A DNA stretch of 64,000 bases from Octopus vulgaris (Eukaryota): contig OX597834.1 of the NCBI GenBank assembly GCA_951406725.2, forward strand, positions 33,418,001 to 33,482,000. Direction: 5' to 3'. Shown here one piece after another: positions 53,510-64,000 of this stretch (its first letter is position 1; each line of letters starts with the position of its first letter). The notes beneath the pieces are model-generated. The model made no database searches and had not been told where the DNA came from. It worked only from the letters and a program-made list of their open reading frames with translations. Made by a program: the position numbers and the translations under genes.

Positions 53510-53894
53510 CCTTTTTACTTGTTTCAGTCATTTTGACTGCGGCCATGCTGGAGCACCGCCTTTAATCGAGCAACTCGACCCCGGGACTTATTCTTTGTAA
53601 GCCCAGTACTTATTCTATCGGTCTCTTTTGCCGAACCGCTAGGAGGACAGGGACATAAACACAACAGCATCGGTGGTCAAGCAATGCTAGGGGAATACGC
53701 ACATACATATATATATATATATATACATATACGACGGGCTTCTTTCAGTTTCCGTCTACCAAATCCACTCACAAGGCATTGGTCGGCCCGAGGCTATAGT
53801 AGAAGATGCTTGCCCAAGATGCCACGCAGTGGGACTGAACCCGGAACCATGTGGTTTATAAACAAGCTACTTACCACACAGCCACTCCTGCGCC
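53510..53894 (-). mobile_element. SINE family A, full length, CpG-rich
   Basis: Ends ACCACACAGCCACTCCTGCGCC, the reverse complement of the family 5' end. Confidence 0.87.
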
Positions 53895-55058
53895 TACTAT
53901 TCCTTTCAAACTTTGCTTTTGCGACCTGGACATTACTGCATTGAAATTGATTGATTTTTCCATTACATTTCAGACAGATTCAGCACTGAGTTGCTGAGCT
54001 AGAAATGTCCATGTAGCAAGTGCCTCTGCTCAATACCACAGATTTGCTTGAACTTAGCCAATTGAGCATGTCCCTTAGATGACAATATGTGTATCTTTGA
54101 TGATGAGTAGGAGGAGTGGGAGAGCATCATAGCCATGTGTTGAGGGGGATTCTTTGGAGCTTGGATAAAAGTAACAAAAGCTAAGTTTGAATGAAGTAGT
54201 AGCTATTTTCCACATTTTCTAGGGATAAGCAAATAGGATATAACATTTGCTACCCAAAGTGAAAAATCGTGTTATAAAGTGTAGTTGACTGCAAGTTCAG
54301 TGAAACGTACTTGTGGTTTAGCTAAGTCTAGAACTGAGAGGTTGATGGAGTACTGGAAAAAGCTGTACCATGAAGTCTAATGCCACATAGGAAAGGAAAT
54401 AGGTTCAGAAGTATGGTTAGGAAACATTAAAATGGGGAAAAAGGGGGAAAAAATTGAAATTTTGGAAAATTCTACTTTTTCACAATTGTAGTTATTTTCA
54501 TTGTATGAAATAAATAATTTTTCAGTCATTGATTTTACAATATCAGTAGCAATTGATTTTGTTTTAAAATGTACATGCTATTGATGAAGCCTAACCAAGC
54601 AGAAATACATAATTAGCAATGCCACCACAACTCTTAGATGATTTTCGTATGTTACTGATAAATTTCAGGTTATTTTTTTTAACATTCTACGTCTATAAAA
54701 GATGCTATTGTGAAATGAATATTGCTGCTCAACAAGGTTTTCAATTATGTATCTGCATTAATTATGATACACCAGTTGCTATATGTATTCATAATTATGC
54801 TTGAATAAAGCATTATTTATGTGATACTCTGTGTGTGTGTGTATGTTATACATATAATATTTTTATATATATGTTATATAAACATCTATATATATTTATA
54901 TGTATATATGCTTATATACTTATATGTGTGTATATATATATATATGCCACTCTCTTCCTCATTTGTTTGTGAACTGTAACATTTGAATGTATGCCTGTGT
55001 GCATGTATGTATAAATTAGTGTATGTAAATTAACTGAGTTGCGTCAATTCTTCCACAG

Positions 55059-55193
55059 GATTCCATGGCAGCATGTGTGAGCAGCGAGATAAAAGCAGTG
55101 TTTGTTACAACAACCCCTGTAGAAATGGTGGAACTTGTGTCAATGTCAACACACTCAAAGAATATAAATGTATCTGCCGACCAAGATTCTTGG
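55059..55193 (+). CDS. Notch: Notch exon: end of EGF2 and most of EGF3
   Basis: Acceptor ttcttccacag|GA and donor G|gtatgt. 135 nt, phase 1-1. Reads (G)FHGSMCEQRDKSSVCYNNPCRNGGTCVNVNTLKEYKCICRPRFL(G). NPCRNGGTC...TL.EYKC matches Notch EGF3. Confidence 0.93.
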
Positions 55194-55288
55194 GTATGTC
55201 ATTCATTTTATGATATTTCATTCTGCTGTCCTTTAAATGCGTTGTTGACTATATGTGTTTGTTTGTGTGTGTATGTATTGTATATATA

Positions 55289-55520
55289 GGCGGCGAGCTG
55301 GCAGACACGTTAGCGCACCGGGCGAAATGCTTAGCGGTATGTTCGTCTGTCGTTACGTTCTGAGTTCAAATTCCTCCGAGGTCGACTTTGCCTTTCATCC
55401 GTTCGGGGTCGATAAATAAAGTACCAGTTTCGCACTGGGGATCGATGTAATCGACTTAATCCCTTTGTCTGTCCTTGTTTGTCCCCTCTATGTTTAGCCC
55501 CTTGTGGGCAATAAAGAAAT
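55289..55520 (+). mobile_element. SINE family B, about 95 nt downstream of the EGF3 exon
   Basis: Full family B structure. Confidence 0.87.
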
Positions 55521-56120
55521 GTATATATATATTGTATATAAAGAAACAAAAAAGGAGAGATTGGAGTAGTTTTTAATTATATCCTGTTTTATATTTAGAT
55601 TTTAGAGTCAATAATATAAGGTCAGAATCATCTTCTGGGAGCAATGTAATCCAGTATGCCCTTCCCCACTGAAATTATTGGCGTGCCAAAATTTGAAATT
55701 ATTATTGCTATTAAAAACTCTACCTGGGTTCAAATACCACTGAAGTTGAATTTACCTTTCATCATTCCAGGGTTAATAAAATAAGTATCAGCTGAGTTCT
55801 GGGGTCAATGTAATTGACTCATCCCCTCTCACAAAAATTTCTGATCTTGAGCCAAAATTTGAAAACATTATCATCATTATTTTGGATGATGGGTTAGGAT
55901 TATTAGAACATTGACCCCAAATACCTGTGGTATTTGTTCTGGCTCATTACATTATGAATTACATCATTTCCTGCAACTAAATTCCAAGAGTATTTTTATG
56001 CTTGCCTGATTCTGACAATATTCTTTGTTCAAAAACTATTTATCCTAAGAGATTATAATATTCTTTCTCTCTCTTACCTTATGTTTTTTTTTTTTCTTTC
56101 CCATCATATTTTCATTCCAG

Positions 56121-56319
56121 GTAACAACTGTGAATACCAAGACTATTGCTCTTCACAGCCCTGCCACAATAATGCCACTTGTGTCTCTAAGAAGAATACA
56201 TTCCAATGTTATTGTTCTTCCGGTTATATTGGTACAACCTGCTCCGAAGACATCAATGAATGCAATTCAAGGTTATGTCATAATGGTGGGACCTGCCACA
56301 ACTCCCTAGGAAGCTACTT
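56121..56319 (+). CDS. Notch: Notch exon: EGF4 and start of Ca-binding EGF5
   Basis: Acceptor ttttcattccag|GT and donor TT|gtaagt. 199 nt. Reads (G)NNCEYQDYCSSQPCHNNATCVSKKNTFQCYCSSGYIGTTCSEDINECNSRLCHNGGTCHNSLGSY. The first DINEC Ca-binding motif falls at repeat 5, as in Notch. Confidence 0.94.
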
Positions 56320-57954
56320 GTAAGTTTTAAATTCTGTGGTTGTTGTTATATTTTGTTTAGCTTGGTTGCAGCATTTATTGCGATAGACTAATTATTGGTT
56401 TCACGGAGTCTTTAGAGCCAATGGATCTTCACAGGTTCTAGGGACATTTTAAATATCTCTTTGTATCTAGACCGGTCATGGACAAACTGCAGCCCACAAG
56501 ACTTTCTCAATGGCATACTTAGTGAAAAATTACCTTGACTTTTTTATTAGACCCACTTAAATAACCCTTGTGGTACACCTGTCTCTACAACAGTGGTTAC
56601 TGTTGTTCTAAGGATTCCCTAAGTATATCCTTTGATATCTATATTCGTCTAGGTATTCTTTGTGGTACATCATTCTCTACAACAGTGGTTCCCCTCTTTC
56701 TTAGGGACTCCTTAGATATCCTGTTATATCTAAACACAACCTAAGATGCACCATTCTCTTTAATAACAGTTCTCTCCTGTTCTAGAAACCCCCTGAATAT
56801 CCTTTGATATCTATACCCACCAAGATATTCCTTCTGGTGTACCAGTCTTACCAGTCTCTACAACACTGGTTCCCCACTTTTTTTAAGGGCTCTCTAGTTA
56901 TCTAGATGTAGTGTACAATTTCCTACAATATTGGTTCATCATTGTTCCAGAGAATGATGCACCACAAGGGATATCTGAGTGTGAAATGTGTCACAGTGAT
57001 AGGGCTCTGCGATGAACGTCTAGAGCCAGGTAGCCTTCCTTCAAACCCCCATATATACCCTCAGTCACAGGACTAATCCCAAACTGGGTCCCTTGAGCAG
57101 ACCTGGGAGTAGATAACTACATATTCTCTTCTCACGCTTTATAAGCCGTTGCTGGAGCTTCATCATCGGATACAGCTTCATATCTTCTTGGTCAAGAAGG
57201 CAGCAAACTGGCTCAGTCGTGGACAAAGGGTCTAGTGATGTTTCTTCTGACTCCTTACTCAGTTCCGAGTTCAAATTCAGCCGAGGTCGATTTCGTCTTT
57301 CATCCTTTCAGGGTCGATAAAGTAAATATTAATCGAGCACTGGGGTCGACTTAATCGACTGACCCCTTTCGCCCAAATCGATGGCCTCGTGCGACAAGTA
57401 GGAACAAATATCTTGTTGCCCAAGACGAAACTAGGAAATCTATGCCAAGGCTTTAAGCTATAAGAGTTACCTCCCTTTAAAGGCAAACTCTAATGGACAT
57501 TATCAAAATCTCCGTTGTGGCCGTTTGCTACTTTTTATATTTCTGATATTGTGCGACTTCGCTGATCTTGCTCATGCTTAACAGGAGTGCGTGTGTGTGT
57601 GTATAGACGCGCTCGTGTTTGAGAAAAAGTGCGGCTGAAAAAGCAATAATGTTAGAATGGTCATGGCTGGGATGTAGTCCTTAATATGCTAGAAAGAAAT
57701 GGCACACTCACGGATAGATCTAGGTTGACTAGAAACTAATTAATTAATCAATCCATCGAGAATATTTTTGCGAAGCCGAGTTAAACACCAAAAACAACCA
57801 AAATGGACAAGGGAAATTTGGAGTTGTCTCCCCTGCATCTGAATATGAAACGACGTGACACATTTTGTTGCTATTTAAAGTTTTTGCTGCTAAACAATAA
57901 AAACGCACACATATAAACGTGTGTGTATGTATATATATATATATATACATACAT

Positions 57955-58030
<76 letters not shown>

Positions 58031-58048
58031 ACACACATACACACACAC

Positions 58049-58079
<31 letters not shown>

Positions 58080-58298
58080 CCAATATAGACATTTGCTTGT
58101 GTGTGCGTTTGTAATTTGAATATTAAAATTGCACAACAAATAACCGCTACTTTGTAACGAAATACTTTATGTAAAATCTCCTCTGTGTTCTTGTTTTTTT
58201 GTATCGTTTATCTGGATGTTTTGTTGTCTCTTTTTGTATCACTTAGTGTCCAGATGTTTTGCGTTCTTGTTCCATTTTGTATTTTATATATATATATA

Positions 58299-58345
<47 letters not shown>

Positions 58346-58452
58346 TGGGAGATGTGGGTTTTTCTATTCAAATGGCTTTAACCCAATACTCACCTACCAT
58401 TATAGCTATTTTGCTTTGTTTTAACCATTCCAAAAAAGAATTTTCAATATAT

Positions 58453-58878
58453 GAGGAGGTGCTGGAAAGTTGCTGGTTTTGGGTAAAAGAAAATACAGGA
58501 GGATCAGTTAATTAGGATTTTATACACACTTACTGCAGCGGACCTTCAGTTTTTGTAAGCTCTGTAAAAGAACTTGGAAGGTTGGGCCTCAAACCAGGCC
58601 TTTCATGATACTTTAAAAGTCAAGAACTTTTCAGCACCCTCACTTGTATGAATGTGTGTGTATAGGTGGGGCTGAAAAGTTCCTGGGCTTCAGTAAAAAA
58701 AATCCAGGAGGATCTGTTAATTATGATTTTATTCAACACATTCCCTTTTCAGATTCACATACTTATGGCAGGATTCCTTTAATTTTTCTAAGCCCTGTAA
58801 AAGAACTCGGAAAGTTGGGTCTCCAACAAGGCCCTTCATGATATCTTTAAAAGTCAGGAACTTTTCAGCACCCCCTTG
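58453..58878. mobile_element. Two tandem copies of the same mariner-type MITE
   Basis: Copies 58453-58641 and 58665-58878, each bounded by GGTGCTG(G/A)AAAGTT-like and AACTTTTCAGCACCC termini. Confidence 0.78.
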
Positions 58879-58894
58879 TGTGTATATATTTCAA

Positions 58895-59148
58895 GGCATG
58901 TGGCCTAGTGGTTAAGGTCTTACACTCATGATTGTAAGATCATGGGTTCAATTCCAAGACCAGCGACTGTGCATTGTTTTCTTGAGCAAAACGCTTTATT
59001 TCATGTTGCTCCAGTCTGCACAGTTACAAATGGACTGTGTTGGACTGCATTCTGTTCCAGATGAATGTTGGCCTGCATCTTTAGAGGGCCGCAACAATCT
59101 GATGAGGCACGCTGTGACAAGTGGTGTGTAACAACATCCAATAGTCTG
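58895..59148 (+). mobile_element. tRNA-derived SINE family D
   Basis: TGGCCTAGTGGTTAAG A box, GGGTTCAATTCC B box, CTTGAGCAAAACGCTTTATTTCATGTTGCTCCAG. Related copies at about 7395-7670 (-), 51010-51260 (-) and 1-120 (3' part). Confidence 0.72.
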
Positions 59149-59159
59149 CTTGATACAGT

Positions 59160-59325
59160 AATACAGACACATATACACATACAGCTATACATACATACAT
59201 TTAGATTTGTGTGTGTGCGTGTATATATGCACTCATATTCAGGTGTGTGTGTGTGTGTGTATACACACACACACATATGCACTTGCATATATATATATAC
59301 ACACACACATATATACATATATATG

Positions 59326-59379
<54 letters not shown>

Positions 59380-59690
59380 CGTGTATGTATATATATGTGC
59401 ATCATATATATATATGTATATGTATTATATATATATATATATATGTGCATCATATATATATATATATGTATTATATATATATATATATATATATATACAT
59501 ACATGTATATATATGTATGTGTGTGTGTATATATATATACGTACAAATACACACACATATATGTACATACATACATATATATATATACATGTATATATAT
59601 GTATGTGTGTGTGTGTGTGTATATTATATACGTACAAATACACACATATACACACACAGTACATATATACATATATATATATATATATAT
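59160..59690. repeat. Compound (TA)/(CA)/(TG) alternating purine-pyrimidine tract
   Basis: Seen directly. Other long tracts at 57920-58080, 63073-63143 and 63247-63475. Confidence 0.9.
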
Positions 59691-59792
59691 AGGTTAAGAT
59701 ATGTTTGTGACCTATTTCAACTGTTAAAATGCAGAAATATGTCATAAACATATTTTAACTAAGCTAAATCTAAGCACTGCTTGGCACTAATA

Positions 59793-59842
<50 letters not shown>

Positions 59843-59887
59843 CTTGTGTGTGTATATTTATAAATATATATATATATGCTTCAAGGA

Positions 59888-60005
59888 TGACACCTTGACA
59901 GGTTGGTTCACATAGAGTACATATCAGTTGGAAGGATCTTGCATGACAAACTGTATGAAGAGCTGGCCGCTGACAAGGGATCACAAGGGCACAAAACTTG
60001 AATAT
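59888..60005 (+). pseudogene. Short RTE-like LINE remnant
   Basis: HLDRLVHIEYISVGRILHDKLYEELAADKGSQG resembles RLRWLGHV.RM.DGRIPK.LLYGEL..GKR..G. Confidence 0.5.
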
Positions 60006-60438
60006 CCCAATGCAGAAGTGCATTGCTTTTGTAGCAATTGCTCCTGCTCCAAGCTAGAAGAACCAGTGTAAGAATTTTAATAAAGAAGAATGAAATAGGG
60101 TTTTGAAAACAAGTTGAACCTTATTGCTGAAGTAAAGCACATTGGCTACCAAATAGAACTTGCATCAGAACACGGAGCAGAGAGTGCCATCAAATAAAGA
60201 GCTATAGGCCTTCACAGCCATGTTAGTTTCTGCTCTGTGAATGAGATGGAAACAAAAGTTTCCAGGAGCATTTCCATGGTCTTTGAAGACTAAACTGTGA
60301 CAGTGAAATACTCTATTTGATTACATATAAGATGCACGTTTTTCTACTCCCAAAATGTCTAAAAAAAACATCACCTCAGATCTAGTATACAAATGCATGT
60401 CAATATTGAATGCTTTGGATTGGACTATCTATGTTTAA

Positions 60439-60659
60439 CCCTTTCGTTACTGAATTTATTTTGAGATGCTCAGTATTTCTTCCAATTATGTTAAATATAA
60501 CAAAGAATTAAGTAAAATAACTTAGTTATCATTAAGCTAGAGTTAGGGACATAAATTGTGACTAAAGTTTGGTGGAAGGTTTTCATTCAGAACTTTTGAA
60601 AACCAGACATTTGTACTAAAGAGCCAAAGCCAGTTTCAGCCGGGTTGGTAATGAAAGGG
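60439..60659. mobile_element. piggyBac-type MITE family 3, apparently inserted into a decayed pogo/Tc-like MITE at about 60308-60890
   Basis: TTAA|CCCTTTCGTTAC...GTAATGAAAGGG|TTAA. Confidence 0.82.
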
Positions 60660-61473
60660 TTAATCCACTGCTGGATGAAGGCCTCAGCATGTTCTCTCCA
60701 CCAACCACGGTCTGATGTGGAGGCCATGAATTTGAGCTTGAGATCATCCTGGTTTGGTGAGCTTACTTTACCACACTGGCTTGACATGGCTTTAATGCAC
60801 TAAAAACATTTCTTTTTTCTTTCTTGAATATGCGTTACTGAAATTAGGGTGCATCTAATGTGCCCATGCGTCTTTAAACCATCAAATACATGTGTGTGTG
60901 TGTGTGACGTGTGTTGTTGTTAGAAGTAAAAACATCCGATACATTCACCAATGATATGACGCAATACACAGTGTTGTGTCTTAGTATTTATTAAACAGAG
61001 TGATGGCTGCTTCTTTACTTCTTCCAAGTTTCAGCGACAACTGGCTTGTCAAACAGTCAATCTGTCAGACTGTTTGACAAGTTACCTCGGTGGTGGGGTG
61101 GGAAATGGTGACTAGCAGTGGTAGCTTTCATGTTGGGGTGGTTTTGGTAGTGGTATGTGTAGTATCAGTAGTAGTAGCAGTAGTGGTTGTGGAGGTTATA
61201 ATCACTGTATTGGTGATGGTTGTAGTAGTGGTTATACGTGTAATAGATGTACTGGTTGTAGTCATAGAAGTGGTAGTAGTTGTCATTGAGGTTATATCTA
61301 TCGTATATTTAGTAGTGGTGGTTGTTGGTTCAGGTGAGAGTTGTAGTAGTGGTCATAGCTATTGCAGTGATAATAGTAATAGTGGTTTTATTAGTAGTTA
61401 TAGCTGTAGTGGTTGTGTTAGCAGTTGTAGTAACAGTTGTAGCTTTGGTGATGGTTGTGGTCAATAAGAGTCG

Positions 61474-61800
61474 TTCATGAGACTCGCAACATTCTCCTAT
61501 TCACCCACATCTTAAATGCGTTGATTATGTTCTCTTCAAATTTGTTCAGAGTCCATACTTCACAACCATAAATGCCTATTGGCCAAATGACCACGTGCAC
61601 CAGTCGATGAAAGACCAAGACAGTCATATTCGAGGAAGCAAAGGTTTGGAAAAGATTATAATGAAAGGACAAGTAGAGGGTAGTAGATCAAGAGACAGGC
61701 AATGAATGCAATGGATGGACAATGTCAAGAGCTGGTCAGACAAAAGTGGCGAGGCAACTGGAGAACTCACACTACAAAACTACCTGAGACTGTCCCTAGT
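61474..61800. pseudogene. RTE-clade LINE remnant with an inverted 5' part
   Basis: Minus 61474-~61618: WPIGIYGCEVWTL...AFKMWVNRRMLRVS. Plus ~61620-61800: HIRGSKGLEKIIMKGQVEGSRSRDRQ*MQWMDNVKSW. Confidence 0.8.
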
Positions 61801-61827
61801 TCTGGGACACAAACTTACTGCTTTTAA

Positions 61828-62044
61828 CCCTTTTGATACCAACCCACATGAATCTGCTCTTGGTCCTGATAGAAATTTCCATATTTAAGTTATCTAAATT
61901 AAAACCTTCCACCAAAATTTCATGTTAATTTAATTTCCAAACACCAGCTTAATACTGATGAAGTTATTTTGATAAATCTATTATCAATTTCAAAATTAAT
62001 TGAAACAGACAATGTAGTTCAATGGAAATATGGTAATGAAAAGG
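61828..62044. mobile_element. piggyBac-type MITE family 3, inverted relative to 60439-60659
   Basis: TTAA|CCCTTTTGATAC...GTAATGAAAAGG|TTAA. Internal AAAACCTTCCACCAAA is the reverse complement of TTTGGTGGAAGGTTTT in the other copy. Confidence 0.75.
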
Positions 62045-63069
62045 TTAAAGAGATCTAAATTAAAATCTTCCATCAAAATGTCGTGCTAATTTGTGTCCCA
62101 AATACCTCTTTAACCATTTAACATTCAGCTTAATCAGTCAAATGCAATGCTTTCTCAATTACATTGTTTTTAATTAATCATACATTATCTCATAGCTCTG
62201 AAATTTTGATGATGTGATTGTATATTCTTAGAATGGTATTGAAGAATATCTGTGACTGGCTGGTTAGAACATAAACAGCATATTTGGTCCAGAGATGACC
62301 AATTCAAATGCTAAAGGGTTGATGACGACAAAATTTATTATACTGAATTGTTCGTTATTTTAAAAATTATTTGAAGCAAAGTTGGTGTATTGCAACAGAA
62401 ATATGAGACGAAATGGTCAACCAGGAAGGCATACAATGCCTGATGACAATAATTCATAGGAGTGGTCATATTCACAGTTGTGGTAGTTGGAGTCCCTCCC
62501 CCCATAATGGTTTTTGTCATAGTAGTATTGGTTACAGTAGTCGTAGTAGTGGTACTGGTTGTAATCATCATAGTCATAGTGAAATTTGACTACAGACAGA
62601 AAGTGTTGGTGTGGGAAACTAGTATGACTTCAATTCACTTGATAAGAGAAAGACTATTACGGGTGTACATAATCTAATCTAGTTAATCTCAATCTAATCT
62701 AATAATGTAAGGGTAGAAACAGTCGTGATAATGGAGTCAGAGCGGAAAGTTCATTGATTCCACTGGAGCGTGACTTTGGTTAGTTTTGTCTTTTCAGTGA
62801 ATCACACTTGTATGAATTTATATGGTCGTGTAGTCTACTTTAGTTTCACTTGAGTGAATCGTCTGTATGTGTGTGTTGTTGAGTGCATGTGTGTCAGTGT
62901 GTGTGTGTGTGTGTGTGAATATACACTGTAAGTAAACTTTCCTTGGGTTTGACCTGTCTTATAAGTATGTAAAGGAGAAACACACAAAAAAAATATATGC
63001 ATGTACACACAAACACAAACAAACATACATTTGCACAGACACATTTAATAAATACACGAGCACACAAAT

Positions 63070-63146
<77 letters not shown>

Positions 63147-63244
63147 AAAGAAACAAATCTCAGAGTAAGTCTGTCTCAGATATTTTACAATTGTAATAAA
63201 CACTGAGTGTTGTATATGTTATATATTAAATGATACTGGGCGTA

Positions 63245-63358
<114 letters not shown>

Positions 63359-63419
63359 TATATATATATATCTATACATACATATATATTTATCTATACA
63401 TCTCTCTCTCTCTCTCTCT

Positions 63420-63479
<60 letters not shown>

Positions 63480-64000
63480 CATAATTTACGGTATCTACGA
63501 GATACCGCCATGCTGGAAATAGCAGCCAAAATCTGACTCTAAAACCACATTAAATGTTCATAGAGCACAAGGAGAGACGACAAAATAAACTAGCAAGTAA
63601 TTTTTTGTGGGTTTGTGATCTTGTGGGTAAACAAGTTTGGCCATGAGGAAATGCTACGTTGCTTGGGAATAGGTGAGGGTTGCCAGTGGGAAGAGCATCC
63701 AACTGTAGAAAATCTGCCTCAATAAACTCTGTGATCATGGAAGGTGTTAAATGAAGTTTTATTTTATGTATTTGATATTTAAGCAAAGGACTAATGAGGA
63801 TCTTACAAATACAAGGCAACTTCACTAGTACTATGAAAAAAGAAATGCACCCAAACACACTTTGTAAAGTGGTTGGCATTAGAAAGGACATCCAGTCATA
63901 GAAACCATTTTAAATGAAAACATGATTTGAGGTGAGGCTAAGTGAACGTTAAAAGGACAAGGGCAGTAGCTCAAGCAAGAATTGAAAATGGACGTTAAAT

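Noticed and set aside
55065-55289. 74-aa ORF in the track overlapping the EGF3 exon
   Set aside because: Wrong frame; the spliced EGF frame explains the sequence.
58895-58970. tRNA gene
   Set aside because: The A/B boxes continue into a SINE body and no complete cloverleaf is evident. The same applies to the other SINE heads.
59099-59125. CTGATGA as another hammerhead core
   Set aside because: No GAAA box after the potential helix II; it lies within a SINE D tail.
59001-59751. ORFs of 160-223 aa rich in Y/I/C/V/H/T
   Set aside because: Dinucleotide microsatellite translations.
61090-61467. Val-rich membrane-like ORF
   Set aside because: GTA/GTG/GTT low-complexity sequence with no gene context.
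62605-62620. CSL/Su(H) site TGTGGGAA suggesting Notch autoregulation (also near 16327 and 26752)
   Set aside because: Isolated single matches, two inside repeats, no paired-site geometry noticed. Compatible with chance in 64 kb.

Overview
AT-rich, microsatellite- and SINE-saturated eukaryotic DNA. The SINE/MITE repertoire points to an octopus (coleoid cephalopod); this is inferred, not proven. The only convincing host coding sequence is four small + strand exons (37821-37905, 51891-52030, 55059-55193, 56121-56319). They splice in frame through GT-AG introns into EGF repeats 1-5 of a Notch receptor. The signal-peptide exon and downstream exons were not found, so the window is essentially the 5' introns of Notch. 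The introns hold at least four SINE families, piggyBac-, hAT-, mariner- and Tigger-type MITEs, an internally deleted mariner, and RTE and Penelope-like retroelement remnants. The most unusual signals are: (1) a minimal type I hammerhead ribozyme with an intact catalytic core, antisense in the intron between the first two exons found (49164-49220, - strand), plus decayed hammerheads, three in fold-back form; (2) a 114-bp near-perfect inverted repeat; (3) a locally copied insertion with a 16-bp target-site duplication; (4) a reiterated 20-mer at a SINE truncation point; (5) a candidate restorative A-to-I recoding site in EGF3. Nearly all ORFs in the supplied track are repeat artefacts. Repeat boundaries are approximate unless TSDs or TIRs are quoted.
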